From: Veleropilina oligotropha
Lineage: Eukaryota
Reading direction: 5' to 3'
Assembly: GCA_048128005.1 (NCBI GenBank)
Contig: JBEUKZ010000084.1
Location: 372,001-436,000 of the forward strand
Length of the DNA: 64,000 bases
Shown here: positions 7,870 through 19,260 of the stretch, in pieces
How positions within the stretch are numbered: the stretch's first letter is position 1
Layout of the letters: each line of letters starts with the position of its first letter
Made by a program: the position numbers and the translations under genes
Notes under the pieces: generated by a model
The model's database searches: none
Told to the model about the DNA's origin: nothing
The model's input: only the letters and a program-made list of their open reading frames with translations

Positions 7870-8182
7870 TTAGTTGAGCCGTTTATGGAGAAACTATTGT
7901 ATTGAGGCTGTCTGTGTGTCTACCTGTCTGTGTGGTGTATGTCCGCGATGACTTTAAATGGCATAACATGGTCAATTCAAAACAAATAGCCACGAAACTT
8001 CATATATATGATATATGAGTGGATATCTAACTACTGATTGATTTATGAGGTCAAAGGTCAAGGTCACCAAAGTCAAATAAGTGTGAACAGACATCTGGAC
8101 TCGGTCAACCAAGAAAGATAAAATTAATTTTATTAAGAATGGGCACTGCGGCTCAACTATGCTTCCTCTCGGATGCGCTTGT
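7870..8182. mobile_element. Non-autonomous Helentron-like repeat
   Basis: Subterminal inverted repeat tagttgagcc/ggctcaacta, (tgtc)-like microsatellite; a shorter copy lies at ~38640-38750. Confidence 0.5.
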
Positions 8183-8907
8183 TTTACAATGCATCTACAG
8201 GAGTTGTACAGACTGTTGTTTACTCTAAATTCTATTCTACCTGAAAAGAATTTACTAATCAATCAAATGTTTCATGTTTAAACAGTTTTATGCTGTCAAG
8301 GCTGTGACTGTGAGGTAGTTGGATTCTTTGACTGCAGAAGATATAAATTCAACATCAGTAAAACCTTCAATTATTCAATTATAATGATGTAGTTGATCTG
8401 ATGAATACAAAGCGATATGGGTTGATTTTTCAAGAATTTGAAATCTACAAGCTCTGCTTTCGTGATCAATACGGACAATTATTCTTTGGAGAACTGTTGA
8501 ATTTTTTCGTATGTATCCTATGGACTTTCTCATGGGTTGGGTTGTTGTCAGAGTTGGGCATGTTTCATCAACGCACTTTGAAGCTTGCCCGCTACATGTC
8601 TGAATATGTATCCTATGATATTGTTATGTGTGCTTTACTTCTAAGCTAACACGAGGTGGCTTGTTGACCTTACAGGCTATTGACCGGGCATTGTCTGGGT
8701 CCAACCAGTTCAAAATATATCTAGCCAGTGTAAATCCCCGCCACAGGTGTTCACCGGCCATGTTAGCAGTCTGAGAGGGAGATCTAGGATAGGGTACCGT
8801 ATGCGTTCAGAGTAGCTTGCTTGGGATATGGGCAGTTTTACGGTAATTGGGCCATTTGAAAAATTGAAGATTTTCATTGTTATTTAAATAGCAGTGTGAT
8901 ATAATTA

Positions 8908-9205
8908 TTGTATCCCCGAAATTTAACATTTCGGGGATAGTATAGTTTAGTCATCGTTCAGCTGCCGCCGCAGGGATTTCTTGTGTGCGCTCTACATTGA
9001 AAGGTTCAAATCCGATTTTCGGATCCAAGATGGCGGCCATTTTGTTTGGAGAAATTTCTTGTGTGCGCTCTACAGTGAAAAGTTACTATCCGATTTGATT
9101 CATATTTGGTATGCGCGTTCGTTATGATGAGTACATGGTGCCTAAAGATTTGCGGATCCAAGATGGCCGCCGTGGTTGCCATTTTATTTGACGAGATTTC
9201 TTGTT
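8908..9205 (+). mobile_element. Helentron-like non-autonomous element fragment
   Basis: 5' hairpin tatccccgaaa...tttcggggata and tandem units containing ccaagatggc; related to 32970-34000. Confidence 0.5.
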
Positions 9206-9672
9206 GTGTTATGTATCACAAAGGAAGAACATTTTATGCACAAGCTGGAGTCTAAACGGATTGAAAATATATTTATCCATTGCGAAGATATGACCTTAAA
9301 TGTGCGGAAAATGGACAACTTTTCTGTCTCATTTTCAGTATTTTGTACAACAAAGTGCTGCAGAAACCATACAATGAAATGAAACATACAAATTAAACTG
9401 TAGAACAGCTATAGATATATCATGTATCAATGAAATAAGGCTTTTGAAAATTTAAATCTAACCTGTTTTCTAATTTTCAGGTGAAATGTAAAGTATGTAA
9501 TTAACGTCAAATGATATGTCATGTGTCTGGATGTGAGTGAATTCCTGAGGAAAACGGACTTCGATGCACTGAAACCAGTGTTTCCGTCCAATTTTTCGGT
9601 CCAACTTTTGATTATGTAACTGCCTGAGACATTTAGTAAAGAACTATTATTAGATCCACTAACATTAATTAA

Positions 9673-9883
9673 ATTATTTACTTCAAACATACTTACGTCC
9701 TTACTAATGCCATAATGGCCTCATTATCGCTAAACCGGAACCGTGGAATTTGACAAATTCGCACTTCTCTTACAAAAAACCACTCCCTTCCTCCCCCCTC
9801 TGCACAAAGTTCCCAATCTCCAGAAGAGCAGAGGTCCAGGACATGTCCCAATCGAATGCGCCTTATGACATCAATTCAAGTGT
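9673..9883 (+). repeat. E2 left ITR
   Basis: Reverse complement of ~16789-16986. Confidence 0.9.
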
Positions 9884-10657
9884 TTCCGTTGTTAAGCAAC
9901 AGACATAGTGCTTTTTGTGCCGATCTCTTAAATAATTTCTGAGGATCTACCTGTTGGATTTTACCAAAGATTGTTTCTGGAGTGGCCTTATAGTACTACA
10001 GTGGGATACTAGAAGCCGATCGCCTATTCGACCTACGAAAAGGGAGATCTAGGAAGAAAAGTTTCTTTGTGGAAAAAACTTTCCCGCGTTTTGGGCGCCA
10101 TCTTGAATCACCTAGCCGATGTAAACAAGAGGGAGTGAACGCCTACAGAGGGAACAACAACACAGGGTAGCCCCCTTAACAGGGGGCATCTTTTCTAGAT
10201 TGTTCTATATTATTCTTGTATACGGGATTACGTAATATATATACTGTAATATTTCTGTATACTTTGAATAATCCTTAGAGACGCTTGCTTGCTAAAAGGG
10301 TTTTAAAATTTTTCCGCGTCTCTAAAAGGCAGATCTTTGGCGATTTCACGAATTCTCAATCTGCCAATCCTGGGATAACTCGCTCACCCTCCTAACAACC
10401 TGTCCGGGGGAGGGGGTTGTTGAACATCACCCCCTTCTCTTGTTTTCCGACCTTATCTAAACGCGCATAGCGCTTGGATAAAGTCTCTGTCAGCTATTCC
10501 AGCTGGTTCGGTTTTCTTCTTTATCGGTCTTACTCAGCTTCGAGTAAGAAACACTTCCGGGTACATACCCTGAAAGTGTTGTAGTTCAACTTGACAAAAC
10601 CTACCCTGATTTAGATCGTTTCCGTTTCCTACCTCTCCTTTTTTCCGTGCTTCCACC

Positions 10658-12907
10658 ATGGGCAGGTGTTCCCTCCCCCTCTGTGGCAACAGGATCCTGT
10701 CATTCGATAAACACCCTCAGTGTGTTTTGCACCGTTCCTGTAGTCAACAACAGCCATGTAAGCGTTGCGTCTTCTTTACGGAAAAGCAGTGGGCCCTTCT
10801 TGTACCGGGCAAAATGCTGTCCAGCACCCCAATCCGGGAAGAATCCACCGGGCCCAAGCGGAATGAGGGTAAGTGTGCTAATTCTACACCTTTATCTCAT
10901 TCAGGAACTCCGGCTGTCGATCCAGCACGAGCGAAGACCGACGCCGTATCTCCAAGCTCCACCGCGACCCTGGGGGCGGGCGTTGCAGGGACACGTGAGA
11001 TCCGGGAGACTCAGGTACATATTATTGCCCGAGAGCAAGTTCCTCCTCCTCCGGACAAAGTACGAGCCACCCAACCTGACTCGCTGGCCAGCGAGACAGA
11101 CCGGGCGCCGCTCCGAAACGTTCAGGGTGAAAAGTCTCCTTCCTCTCTACCGGCCTCGGTAGAGCAGGGGACTTCTCATCCCTCCTGTGGTCGGTTAGGG
11201 TCACCCAGCTTCCTTCCGGGGAAGTATGCCGCTCTAACAGATCCACAGGTAAAAGGCGACTCGATCGCCGGCTCGGTCCTTGGACACGTAGCCGGACACT
11301 CGCCGAAACCCGTTCCGACGACCCGCACAGAGACTGCGACCCGAGAGGGCCACCAATTCTATGCGGGAGCTCAAGTCGACGACGGAGGGCCCACCAACGC
11401 TCGAAGCTATTTTAATAGCCCCTCGACCGGAGGTGTGGACGGTTCGTTCGCGTCCGACAGATCCTACAGGGGTTTCCCTGATCAGTCGGGCATAGCGGTG
11501 AACCCGTATGCGTCGTGGCCACGACACTACGGGGCACTAGCCGGGCTCAACTCGCCTTCGGGCCCGTTGTTCACCGGCGACCGCTACGTGGAGTATCAGG
11601 GACCTCGGTTCCAGATACCCACATATGCGAACGGACACCCTAGCGCCACGGTAACCTCGCGTGAACCACCGGCTGTTGGTTCAACGCCCGTCATGCCTCT
11701 CGTCTCCATGGAGTCGGTGAGGGCAATGATAGCGGCGGAATGCGAGGCCCTACGTAGATCCTGGTCCCCGTCTGCTTTGCAGTCACACCAGCTCTCTACT
11801 ACTCTGACCGAGGCGCAGAGCAGGGTTCCAACCCAAGAGATGGAGGTCGACCCTCGTCCCGACGAGGACTCCGACACCTCTCTAGCCGATCTCCCTGAGT
11901 CGGTCGGCCCTGAAGACTCCTCGAGTCTCACAGGCACCCTGGAACCCGTCTCCACCACCCACAAACAGCGAGAAGCCGTGCTTTCGCTTCGTGGGGTGCT
12001 TGGTCTGCCGGATCATTGCGATACCGTCAGCCAGACCAAGCACAGGACGGCGGCACACCGCTTTTTGGAGTCGGAAGCGCCCCTGCTTCCCGCACTCCCC
12101 CAGTCTGGGCTAGTCGACCTTGTCTTGGACAAGACGACCCGCTCCATTCAGGGTAAAAAGTCGGTGGATACGGCTACCCTCACAGAATACCCCAAGGGGC
12201 TTTCTAAGGGCAGGCTGCTCCGGGCCAGGAAGGAATCCCACGGGATTTCCTGTACTGACCCGTGCCTGGCGACTGATTCGGTCCGGGTGGACGCAGCGAT
12301 GCACCGCCTTAGACCCGACAGTTCCACTCCCTCGACGGCGAAGGTTCCATGGGCCGCCATGGAAAACTTCGAGAGCTCTGCCCGACGGGCTCTACGACAA
12401 TCCTCCATACAAGACTTGTTCTTGGATGGGGCGATTGTCGTCCTACAACAAGATGAACCCGGCGCTCGAGAGGCCGCACTTTCATACTTGTCCGAGGTTG
12501 CTACCGCCATGGAGAAAAGCGCGTTGGAGTCCGCTTCTGTCCTGGGCAATGCTCTCCTTCTTCGGAGGGACGCTTGCCTGGAGGGAACTACGCTTGACGA
12601 GGCCACCCGGCGCTCGTTGCGTTGTGTTCCCTTGTCCGCTCCCACTCTCTTCGGTGACAAATTCTCCGAATTCGTCGAGAAGAGAGCCAGCGAGATGAAG
12701 GACAGAGCGATTGAGAAGGCCGTCCTCGGGCCCACCCGGGCCCAAACGACCGACTCAAGGAAGCGTGCCGCCCCCCCGAGGGACGGCAAGAGCTCGACCA
12801 AGCGTGCACGGGTTAGGAAAGGCAAGCCTACGGCTACTAAGCCCCGTCCTACCACTGCACCTCCAACGAAGCCCCGTCAGAGCGGGAAGAGGAAGCCTCG
12901 GCCCTAG
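10658..12907 (+). CDS. gag: E2 ORF1, Gag-like protein
   Basis: Same Cys/His N-terminus and conserved C-terminal domain as E1; ends KPRP-TAG. Confidence 0.85.
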   Translation: MGRCSLPLCGNRILSFDKHPQCVLHRSCSQQQPCKRCVFFTEKQWALLVPGKMLSSTPIREESTGPKRNEGKCANSTPLSHSGTPAVDPARAKTDAVSPSSTATLGAGVAGTREIRETQVHIIAREQVPPPPDKVRATQPDSLASETDRAPLRNVQGEKSPSSLPASVEQGTSHPSCGRLGSPSFLPGKYAALTDPQVKGDSIAGSVLGHVAGHSPKPVPTTRTETATREGHQFYAGAQVDDGGPTNARSYFNSPSTGGVDGSFASDRSYRGFPDQSGIAVNPYASWPRHYGALAGLNSPSGPLFTGDRYVEYQGPRFQIPTYANGHPSATVTSREPPAVGSTPVMPLVSMESVRAMIAAECEALRRSWSPSALQSHQLSTTLTEAQSRVPTQEMEVDPRPDEDSDTSLADLPESVGPEDSSSLTGTLEPVSTTHKQREAVLSLRGVLGLPDHCDTVSQTKHRTAAHRFLESEAPLLPALPQSGLVDLVLDKTTRSIQGKKSVDTATLTEYPKGLSKGRLLRARKESHGISCTDPCLATDSVRVDAAMHRLRPDSSTPSTAKVPWAAMENFESSARRALRQSSIQDLFLDGAIVVLQQDEPGAREAALSYLSEVATAMEKSALESASVLGNALLLRRDACLEGTTLDEATRRSLRCVPLSAPTLFGDKFSEFVEKRASEMKDRAIEKAVLGPTRAQTTDSRKRAAPPRDGKSSTKRARVRKGKPTATKPRPTTAPPTKPRQSGKRKPRP

Positions 12908-14978
12908 GGTTGCCGGCGCTCGCGACGGCCCCAGCTCGGCGCTCCCGCCGGTGGGAGCGTGCCTGCTGTCATACAGCCAGCCCTGGCTGGAGACAACAGA
13001 CTGCAGCTGGGTCCGCTCAGTCGTGAGTGCCGGATACAAGCTTTCATTTATCCGGCAACCAACCCTAACCGAAGCACCACCCGGACAGACTCGCCTCCTA
13101 GGCAAGGAGAAGCAAGCTGTCCTAGACCAGGCAGTACGGGATTTGCTCCTGAAGGAAGCGATCTATCCCGTGCCGCCCAGCACACCAGGATACTACAGCC
13201 ATTTCTTCCTGGTCCCGAAGACAGACGGCCGATGGAGACCGATCCTCGATCTCTCGTTCCTCAACAAGTATCTTCGCCCCGAGCGGTTCCAGCAAGAAAC
13301 ACTGGCGAAGATACGTACGGCCATCCGTCCGGGCGACTGGGCAGCGTCTATCGACCTTGCCGACGCGTATCTACACGTCCCGATGCATTCATCGACACAC
13401 AGATACCTTCGGTTCGTGCACGGGCAGACAACATACCAATTCAGGTGCCTACCTTTCGGTCTATCGTCCGCCCCATACGTCTTCACGCGGATAGTACAGG
13501 CCCTTGGTGCCTTCCTACACTCGCATGGGCACAGAGTACACATGTACCTCGACGACTGGCTGATTCTCGGGGCGTCCCGAGAGCTGTGCCTCCAGTCCCT
13601 GAGGTTTACCCTGTCATCGGCGAAGCGCCTAGGATTCCAGATCAACGAGACGAAATCCTGCTTCGTGCCCTCGACGACGTTTACGTTCCTCGGTGTCGAC
13701 TTCGACACGGTCCTCTACACCGCGAAGCCAACAGAGAAACGTATCGGGAATCTTCGAGCCGTGATACAGGAGACATCCTCCCTGAAAGTTACCACGGCAC
13801 GACAACTGGCCACTGTCCTGGGGCATATCGAATCAGTAGCTCCCCTGCTACCGACGGGTCGCATGGACAAGCGACCCATACAACAGGCCCTAAAGGAACG
13901 ATGGGTACAACGTACGGGACAGTGGAAGGATCGCATCGATCTCAGGCATTGGTTCGACTCCACAACAGCCGTGTGGTTGGGCCCTACGATGCCGACCCAG
14001 TCGGTTCCCATTTCCCCACCAGAACCGAACGCCTACCTTTTTACGGACGCTTCGAACGAAGGCTGGGGGGGTCACCTCGACAGTCACGAGACGTCAGGCC
14101 TATGGCCGGAGGAACTACGTGGACGACACATCAACCTTTTAGAGTTGGAAGCGGTCTTCCTTTCAGTTCAGTCTTTCTCGGAACTCCTTCGCAGCAAACA
14201 CATTCTGCTAGCTACGGACAACACGACTGTCGTTGCTTACGTTCAACACCAGGGCGGTACACGCTCCCGTCCTCTATGCGACCGGGCGATCGACCTACAC
14301 CGCCTAGTGATGTCCCTCGATTCAACCATACGAGCACGACATATCCCAGGTATATTGAACGTCCGAGCGGATTCGCTCTCTCGGAAATCGCAGATTCTAC
14401 ACACAGAGTGGACGCTACACAGCCGAGTAGCACGGGAGGTTTGTCGCCGGTGGTCACAACCCCAAGTCGATCTGTTTGCAACAGAGTTCAACTACCGACT
14501 TCCTCTGTATGTATCACCCTACCCGGATCCAGCAGCCCTACAAATAGATGCGCTGTCCATGTCATGGGAGAATCTGACCGCGTATGCCTATCCACCAACG
14601 TGTATTCTACACCGAGTGCTAAGGAAAGCATCGCTGGACCGTTGCGATCTCACGCTAATAGCGCCACTACGACGATCGCAGACCTGGTTTCCGACCCTCC
14701 TCGAACTGATCATCGACAAACCGCTAGCGCTCCCGCAGAGACCAGACCTGTTAATGCAGCCGCGCAACCGTGTACTCCACCAGTCGCCAGACGACTTGAG
14801 ACTTCACGCCTGGCATTTATCGAACGATCCCTGCTTAAGAAAGGCTTTTCTAGAGCAATCGCCCGCCGCGTCTACCTATCGAGGAGACAATCTACTACTA
14901 GACTCTATGATTATAGATGGAAGCTCTACGTGGATTGGTGTAACGGCCGGTCGGTCAATATTCTCCGACCAGCTGTAA
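12711..14978 (+). CDS. pol: E2 RT-RNase H-MT-like ORF
   Basis: YLDDWL, LPFGLSSAP, FTDASNEGWG, VDLFA...YAYPP. Confidence 0.95.
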   Translation: MRRPSSGPPGPKRPTQGSVPPPRGTARARPSVHGLGKASLRLLSPVLPLHLQRSPVRAGRGSLGPRVAGARDGPSSALPPVGACLLSYSQPWLETTDCSWVRSVVSAGYKLSFIRQPTLTEAPPGQTRLLGKEKQAVLDQAVRDLLLKEAIYPVPPSTPGYYSHFFLVPKTDGRWRPILDLSFLNKYLRPERFQQETLAKIRTAIRPGDWAASIDLADAYLHVPMHSSTHRYLRFVHGQTTYQFRCLPFGLSSAPYVFTRIVQALGAFLHSHGHRVHMYLDDWLILGASRELCLQSLRFTLSSAKRLGFQINETKSCFVPSTTFTFLGVDFDTVLYTAKPTEKRIGNLRAVIQETSSLKVTTARQLATVLGHIESVAPLLPTGRMDKRPIQQALKERWVQRTGQWKDRIDLRHWFDSTTAVWLGPTMPTQSVPISPPEPNAYLFTDASNEGWGGHLDSHETSGLWPEELRGRHINLLELEAVFLSVQSFSELLRSKHILLATDNTTVVAYVQHQGGTRSRPLCDRAIDLHRLVMSLDSTIRARHIPGILNVRADSLSRKSQILHTEWTLHSRVAREVCRRWSQPQVDLFATEFNYRLPLYVSPYPDPAALQIDALSMSWENLTAYAYPPTCILHRVLRKASLDRCDLTLIAPLRRSQTWFPTLLELIIDKPLALPQRPDLLMQPRNRVLHQSPDDLRLHAWHLSNDPCLRKAFLEQSPAASTYRGDNLLLDSMIIDGSSTWIGVTAGRSIFSDQL

Positions 14979-15886
14979 ACGATTTCATCGAATTCTTATC
15001 AACTTTATTCGAACGAGGACTTTCAACCTCGGCGGTCAAAGGATACCGGACCTCAATAGCGACTACGCTCAAGCAATGCCGGTCCCGAGTAAACCTGTCC
15101 ACTGACCCAACGATATCGGACTTCGTCCGATCGTATGAAATCGAACGACCCGTCGGACTGGCGCGGCCGCCAGCCTGGAATATAGTATTGATCCTGAACG
15201 CTCTACTACGACCGCCTTACGAGCCTATGAGTGATAGCACCCTCAAACTCCTTACTCACAAAACGGTGTTCCTAATCGCCTTGGCGTCGGGCAAACGGTC
15301 ATCCGAAATCCATAGCTTTTCTTCAGAGCTTCGGGACATCAAATTCCAGCCAGACGGGTCAGTTATACTACGGTCCGTTCTCAGTTTCATTGCTAAAACT
15401 CAACGACCCGCAGACGTACCCAGAGATGTAGTTATTCCCAGCCTTTCGATCGTAGACCGCAAAGACCGGGATCGCCTCAACTGCCCTGTTAGAGCACTCC
15501 GTTACTACATGGACCGAACTAGGGATATGCGCCAGGGAAAGAAAAAGCTTTTTATTTCCTACTTGCCTACGTTCAAACGCGACGTGACTAAGTCTACCGT
15601 CGCCCGATGGATAGCCACTACGGTAAAACAGATTTACCTCGCTTCCAACGAAGTCGACCACAATGTAGTTCGGATTAACGCACATGAAGTAAGGGCCATA
15701 TCTACTTCACTCGCGTTCAATTTTACACTCAACATGACGGCTTTATTAGAGGCAGGCTATTGGAGACAACCAAATGTCTTCATACGCCACTACCTCAGGG
15801 ATTTCAACACGGCGGCAGACGGACTTTTTTCGCTGCAATGCGTAGCTGCCCAGACAGCCATTGTCCGACCCAGGCCGAAACAATGA
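12959..15886 (+). CDS. E2 tyrosine recombinase ORF (frame open from 12908)
   Basis: RSSEI, CPVRAL, HEVR, W, FIRHY. Confidence 0.93.
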   Translation: MPAVIQPALAGDNRLQLGPLSRECRIQAFIYPATNPNRSTTRTDSPPRQGEASCPRPGSTGFAPEGSDLSRAAQHTRILQPFLPGPEDRRPMETDPRSLVPQQVSSPRAVPARNTGEDTYGHPSGRLGSVYRPCRRVSTRPDAFIDTQIPSVRARADNIPIQVPTFRSIVRPIRLHADSTGPWCLPTLAWAQSTHVPRRLADSRGVPRAVPPVPEVYPVIGEAPRIPDQRDEILLRALDDVYVPRCRLRHGPLHREANRETYRESSSRDTGDILPESYHGTTTGHCPGAYRISSSPATDGSHGQATHTTGPKGTMGTTYGTVEGSHRSQALVRLHNSRVVGPYDADPVGSHFPTRTERLPFYGRFERRLGGSPRQSRDVRPMAGGTTWTTHQPFRVGSGLPFSSVFLGTPSQQTHSASYGQHDCRCLRSTPGRYTLPSSMRPGDRPTPPSDVPRFNHTSTTYPRYIERPSGFALSEIADSTHRVDATQPSSTGGLSPVVTTPSRSVCNRVQLPTSSVCITLPGSSSPTNRCAVHVMGESDRVCLSTNVYSTPSAKESIAGPLRSHANSATTTIADLVSDPPRTDHRQTASAPAETRPVNAAAQPCTPPVARRLETSRLAFIERSLLKKGFSRAIARRVYLSRRQSTTRLYDYRWKLYVDWCNGRSVNILRPAVNDFIEFLSTLFERGLSTSAVKGYRTSIATTLKQCRSRVNLSTDPTISDFVRSYEIERPVGLARPPAWNIVLILNALLRPPYEPMSDSTLKLLTHKTVFLIALASGKRSSEIHSFSSELRDIKFQPDGSVILRSVLSFIAKTQRPADVPRDVVIPSLSIVDRKDRDRLNCPVRALRYYMDRTRDMRQGKKKLFISYLPTFKRDVTKSTVARWIATTVKQIYLASNEVDHNVVRINAHEVRAISTSLAFNFTLNMTALLEAGYWRQPNVFIRHYLRDFNTAADGLFSLQCVAAQTAIVRPRPKQ

Positions 15887-16629
15887 GGTGAGTTGAAACT
15901 GTCAGTTTATTGCTCTCGTCATTGAAAACAATGAAGGTACAACCTTTCCTATCGAGTTAACTTATCTCTTTAGCGATGATTCGAAGTTATTTCTCTTAAT
16001 TTAATTAAGAATAAATGTTGTCATACTGAGTTATTGACTGTCTACTTCGAATACTAATTGTACTGCTTTGTTAAACCTCACGGTATTTTTTCCTTTGCGT
16101 TTTAAATACTTCCTACGTAGAGGTTAGCATTTCGCTAGTTAGTCATGCGAAATAGGTATTTTTAAATTGTATATATTTATATATCACATTTTCCGGAATT
16201 TATTAAAATTCCATTAATACCTGCTTGTTTGATAACAGATGCCTGCAACTCATTTCAGGATGTTTATTCAACCGACTTGTCCTCCTGAATGCCGGCCATG
16301 ATGGCCTGAGGTCTATTTCAGTAGGTTTACACCTGTCCAGAACCTGAGTGCCCGGTGTCTTCGAAAACATACGACCAGGTTCCTGGGTGGCTAAGCACTT
16401 CCTCCATCCCGATCCACTAACATCCGAGCGAGCATCCCAGGATTACTGGTCAAAATCCACGCGCGGTAAGAGTAGAATAATACTCATGATATTCTTCTCT
16501 GGGCGGATCACTCGAATCAACGCTTCAAAGCTGATTCCGGATGGCGTAAGTACAGATAATCTTGATTATGGGTTTATTGTTTATTAGTTTAATAAACTAG
16601 AACTTAGGCCCGCCTATCCAAGTTTATTC

Positions 16630-16719
16630 TGGCATTAGTAAGGACGTAAGTATGTTTGAAGTAAATAATAAGATTTTAACTAATCTATATATTTACAATA
16701 ACATACTTACGTCCTTACT
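16630..16719 (+). repeat. E2 ICR
   Basis: Complementary to both E2 termini. Confidence 0.92.
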
Positions 16720-16788
16720 CGTTTGGCCCTCCCATGCGTTACACGCATTTCCTCCCCTCTCTAAGTTCCTAGCTATGGTAACGCTCCT

Positions 16789-17023
16789 ACACTTGAATTG
16801 ATGTCATAAGGCGCATTCGATTGGGACATGTCCTGGACCTCTGCTCTTCTGGAGATTGGGAACTTTGTGCAGAGGGGGGAGGAAGGGAGTGGTTTTTTGT
16901 AAGAGAAGTGCGAATTTGTCAAATTCCACGGTTCCGGTTTAGCGATAATGAGGCCATTATGGCATTAGTAAGGACGTAAGTATGTTATTGTAAATATATA
17001 GATTAGTTAAAATCTTATTATTT
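16789..17023 (-). repeat. E2 right ITR plus extension
   Basis: Inverted copy of 9673-9883. Confidence 0.9.
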
Positions 17024-19049
17024 CAGAGGAAAGTAATTTGTTTACAGTTCAAAATATTTACTAATTATTCAGATTCAAACTAATGTTACTCCGCAACCGA
17101 AAGCTGTAGCGCCTTGTGGTGTTTTGCTCATCGTCATGCGTATAATTTACTAAAATGTTACATCAAACTCGTTAGGAAAAAAATAAGTTGAAATTTTAGC
17201 AAAATGAGACTAATTTGGCCCAATTACTGTAAAATTGCCCCAATTACTGTAAAATTGCCCATATCAGATCCCAACATTCGGTACAGAAGATCATTTAGTT
17301 CACCTGAAAATGTCTGTAAACAGAGAAACAAATTTTGTTCACCAACTGATGGCAGTCGTTTGCTGGCAGTGACCCAGTATTATGAATTCTTCCAAGAGAC
17401 ATGGTCACCTTCTCAAGTAAAATACAACCACGTTCTGAATGTCAATGAGATTAATTACAAACTGGTTATCTGATTAAATGATTGAATTATGCAAAAACCA
17501 GTAAAAATTTAAAGGCTTAACTATAACATGTACAGATTTATGTAGCGATTTTATGTACTCAAGATTTGTGGCCCGGGATACTTTGTCAGTACTCTACACG
17601 TATCACAAGTTTTACCCTTGAGGGAATAAATGTTCAAAAAAAAAAAAAAAGTACTCTACTAGCAGTTGCTAAATTTGTTCCACAAACGGACGAGGTTTTC
17701 TGATTGGTGCCAATCAACTAGTAGGCCTAATGATAAATCACTGGTGAGTGTCAGTTGATAACCAACATGAAGAATTTGAATAGTTTATATTGTGAGGCAC
17801 CATCATTAGACGAATCGTTCATCCACATTTATTTCCTATGGCAAACAACAATGAGTCTTATGACATGCGTAAATAAAATGGAGAAGAGTGGACAAAAACA
17901 TTATGCTACATGTTCACGTTGATCACTCCTTGCTCTTCTGCGTTGGATTGAATTCAATGAATTATCGAAACCAACACAGGTTGGTCTGAATGCATATATT
18001 TACTTGCACAGGGATTCGATTCTCGATATCGTGACTGCTGTACCTGTTTACCTGGTCCTATTCAAGTTTGACACGTATCACTATTTCAACTAGCATTTCA
18101 TTGGGTTTGCGTTACTATCCTAGTAATTGTGACTTGTAATCTTGTAATTCATGTCGATATGTGGGCGATGCCTGGTATGCATTCAATGCTTAGATCGAAC
18201 CCTGAATACATTGTGACATTGTATAAAAATGCTGTACAACATTACATTGATCCATTAATTCAAGCTTTGGAACATGTGCTTGACCTATTTATTTACCTTG
18301 AATGAATTTTCCATTTTATTCAGCCATGTTGTATCACCATAGGCCCACTGGTGGTTTTACATAAGATTTTGTATACGAATAAGAGAGCATAGAGTGCAGT
18401 CAATGTTCAAGGTCACAAAGTTGTCTTGTAATAAAAAGTTTGCTTCTATTTTGCCATTTGATAAACTTAAACCTTTGTGACCTATTCAATACATCTACCT
18501 GCAGGTTCACCAGTTGAAGGCTGCATACATATAATATGTGTAATGAGATTTCATTGACGAGTTGCCCGTCTAGATATAAGCCGATTGATCGGATTCAAGA
18601 TATAGGCTGCGTTTATAAGTAGAATATATAATGAGATTTCATTGACTAGTTACCTGTCTACCAGATCTAAGCTTATACATGATAGAGCAGATTCAATATA
18701 TAGGTCACTGTATGTTCAGGCCTTCCATTATCTTGTAGGGTGGCACCGTGCAGTGCCTTTGTGTTTTGTTTAGACTGGCGCAACAGTATATACTGCATTC
18801 TGAGATTTTGCAGTGAGCTGTAAGATATCAGTTGGTGGCTTATGTAATCATTGCACTCCAGACAAATTATCAACATGCAATGAAATCGGAACGGTCAACC
18901 GTAGTCAATTCCTACAGCGATACGGAAACCGTGGGTGAATTGGACAATCTTTCTGTAATTCTGTTAATACCGAGGTACATTCTCCATCAAGAAGAAAATG
19001 TCAGAAACGTCTGCACAATTATAGCTATTAGTCTGAAGATATCAAAACT

Positions 19050-19260
19050 GTCCTGGATAGCTCAACTTGGTAGAGCATCGAAAAAACGTTTGGTGTGGTA
19101 GGATGTGGGAACGATTCCTGCTTAGGCATGGCTTATAGTAACGCTTAAACTAATAGAAGGGTGGCTTAAAAACCTATCACCCGTCCTTCGAAGGAGATGT
19201 TAAACCGAGGTTCTGACTACAAATACGACAGAAAATGTGGTTCGTAAAACTAAAACGATT
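19050..19260 (+). mobile_element. Degenerate tRNA-derived SINE
   Basis: A-box-like head tagctcaacttggtagagc and a degenerate B-box; no complete cloverleaf. Confidence 0.4.

Larger units (their letters stand above)
9673..17023 (+). mobile_element. Full-length DIRS-type retrotransposon E2
   Basis: ITRs 9673-9883 / 16789-17023, ICR 16630-16719, three intact ORFs; ATTATTT at both junctions. Confidence 0.96.

Noticed and set aside
12148..14491. Antisense ORFs shared between elements
   Set aside because: Shadows of GC-rich or dual-coding sense ORFs; fragmented, with no recognisable domain.
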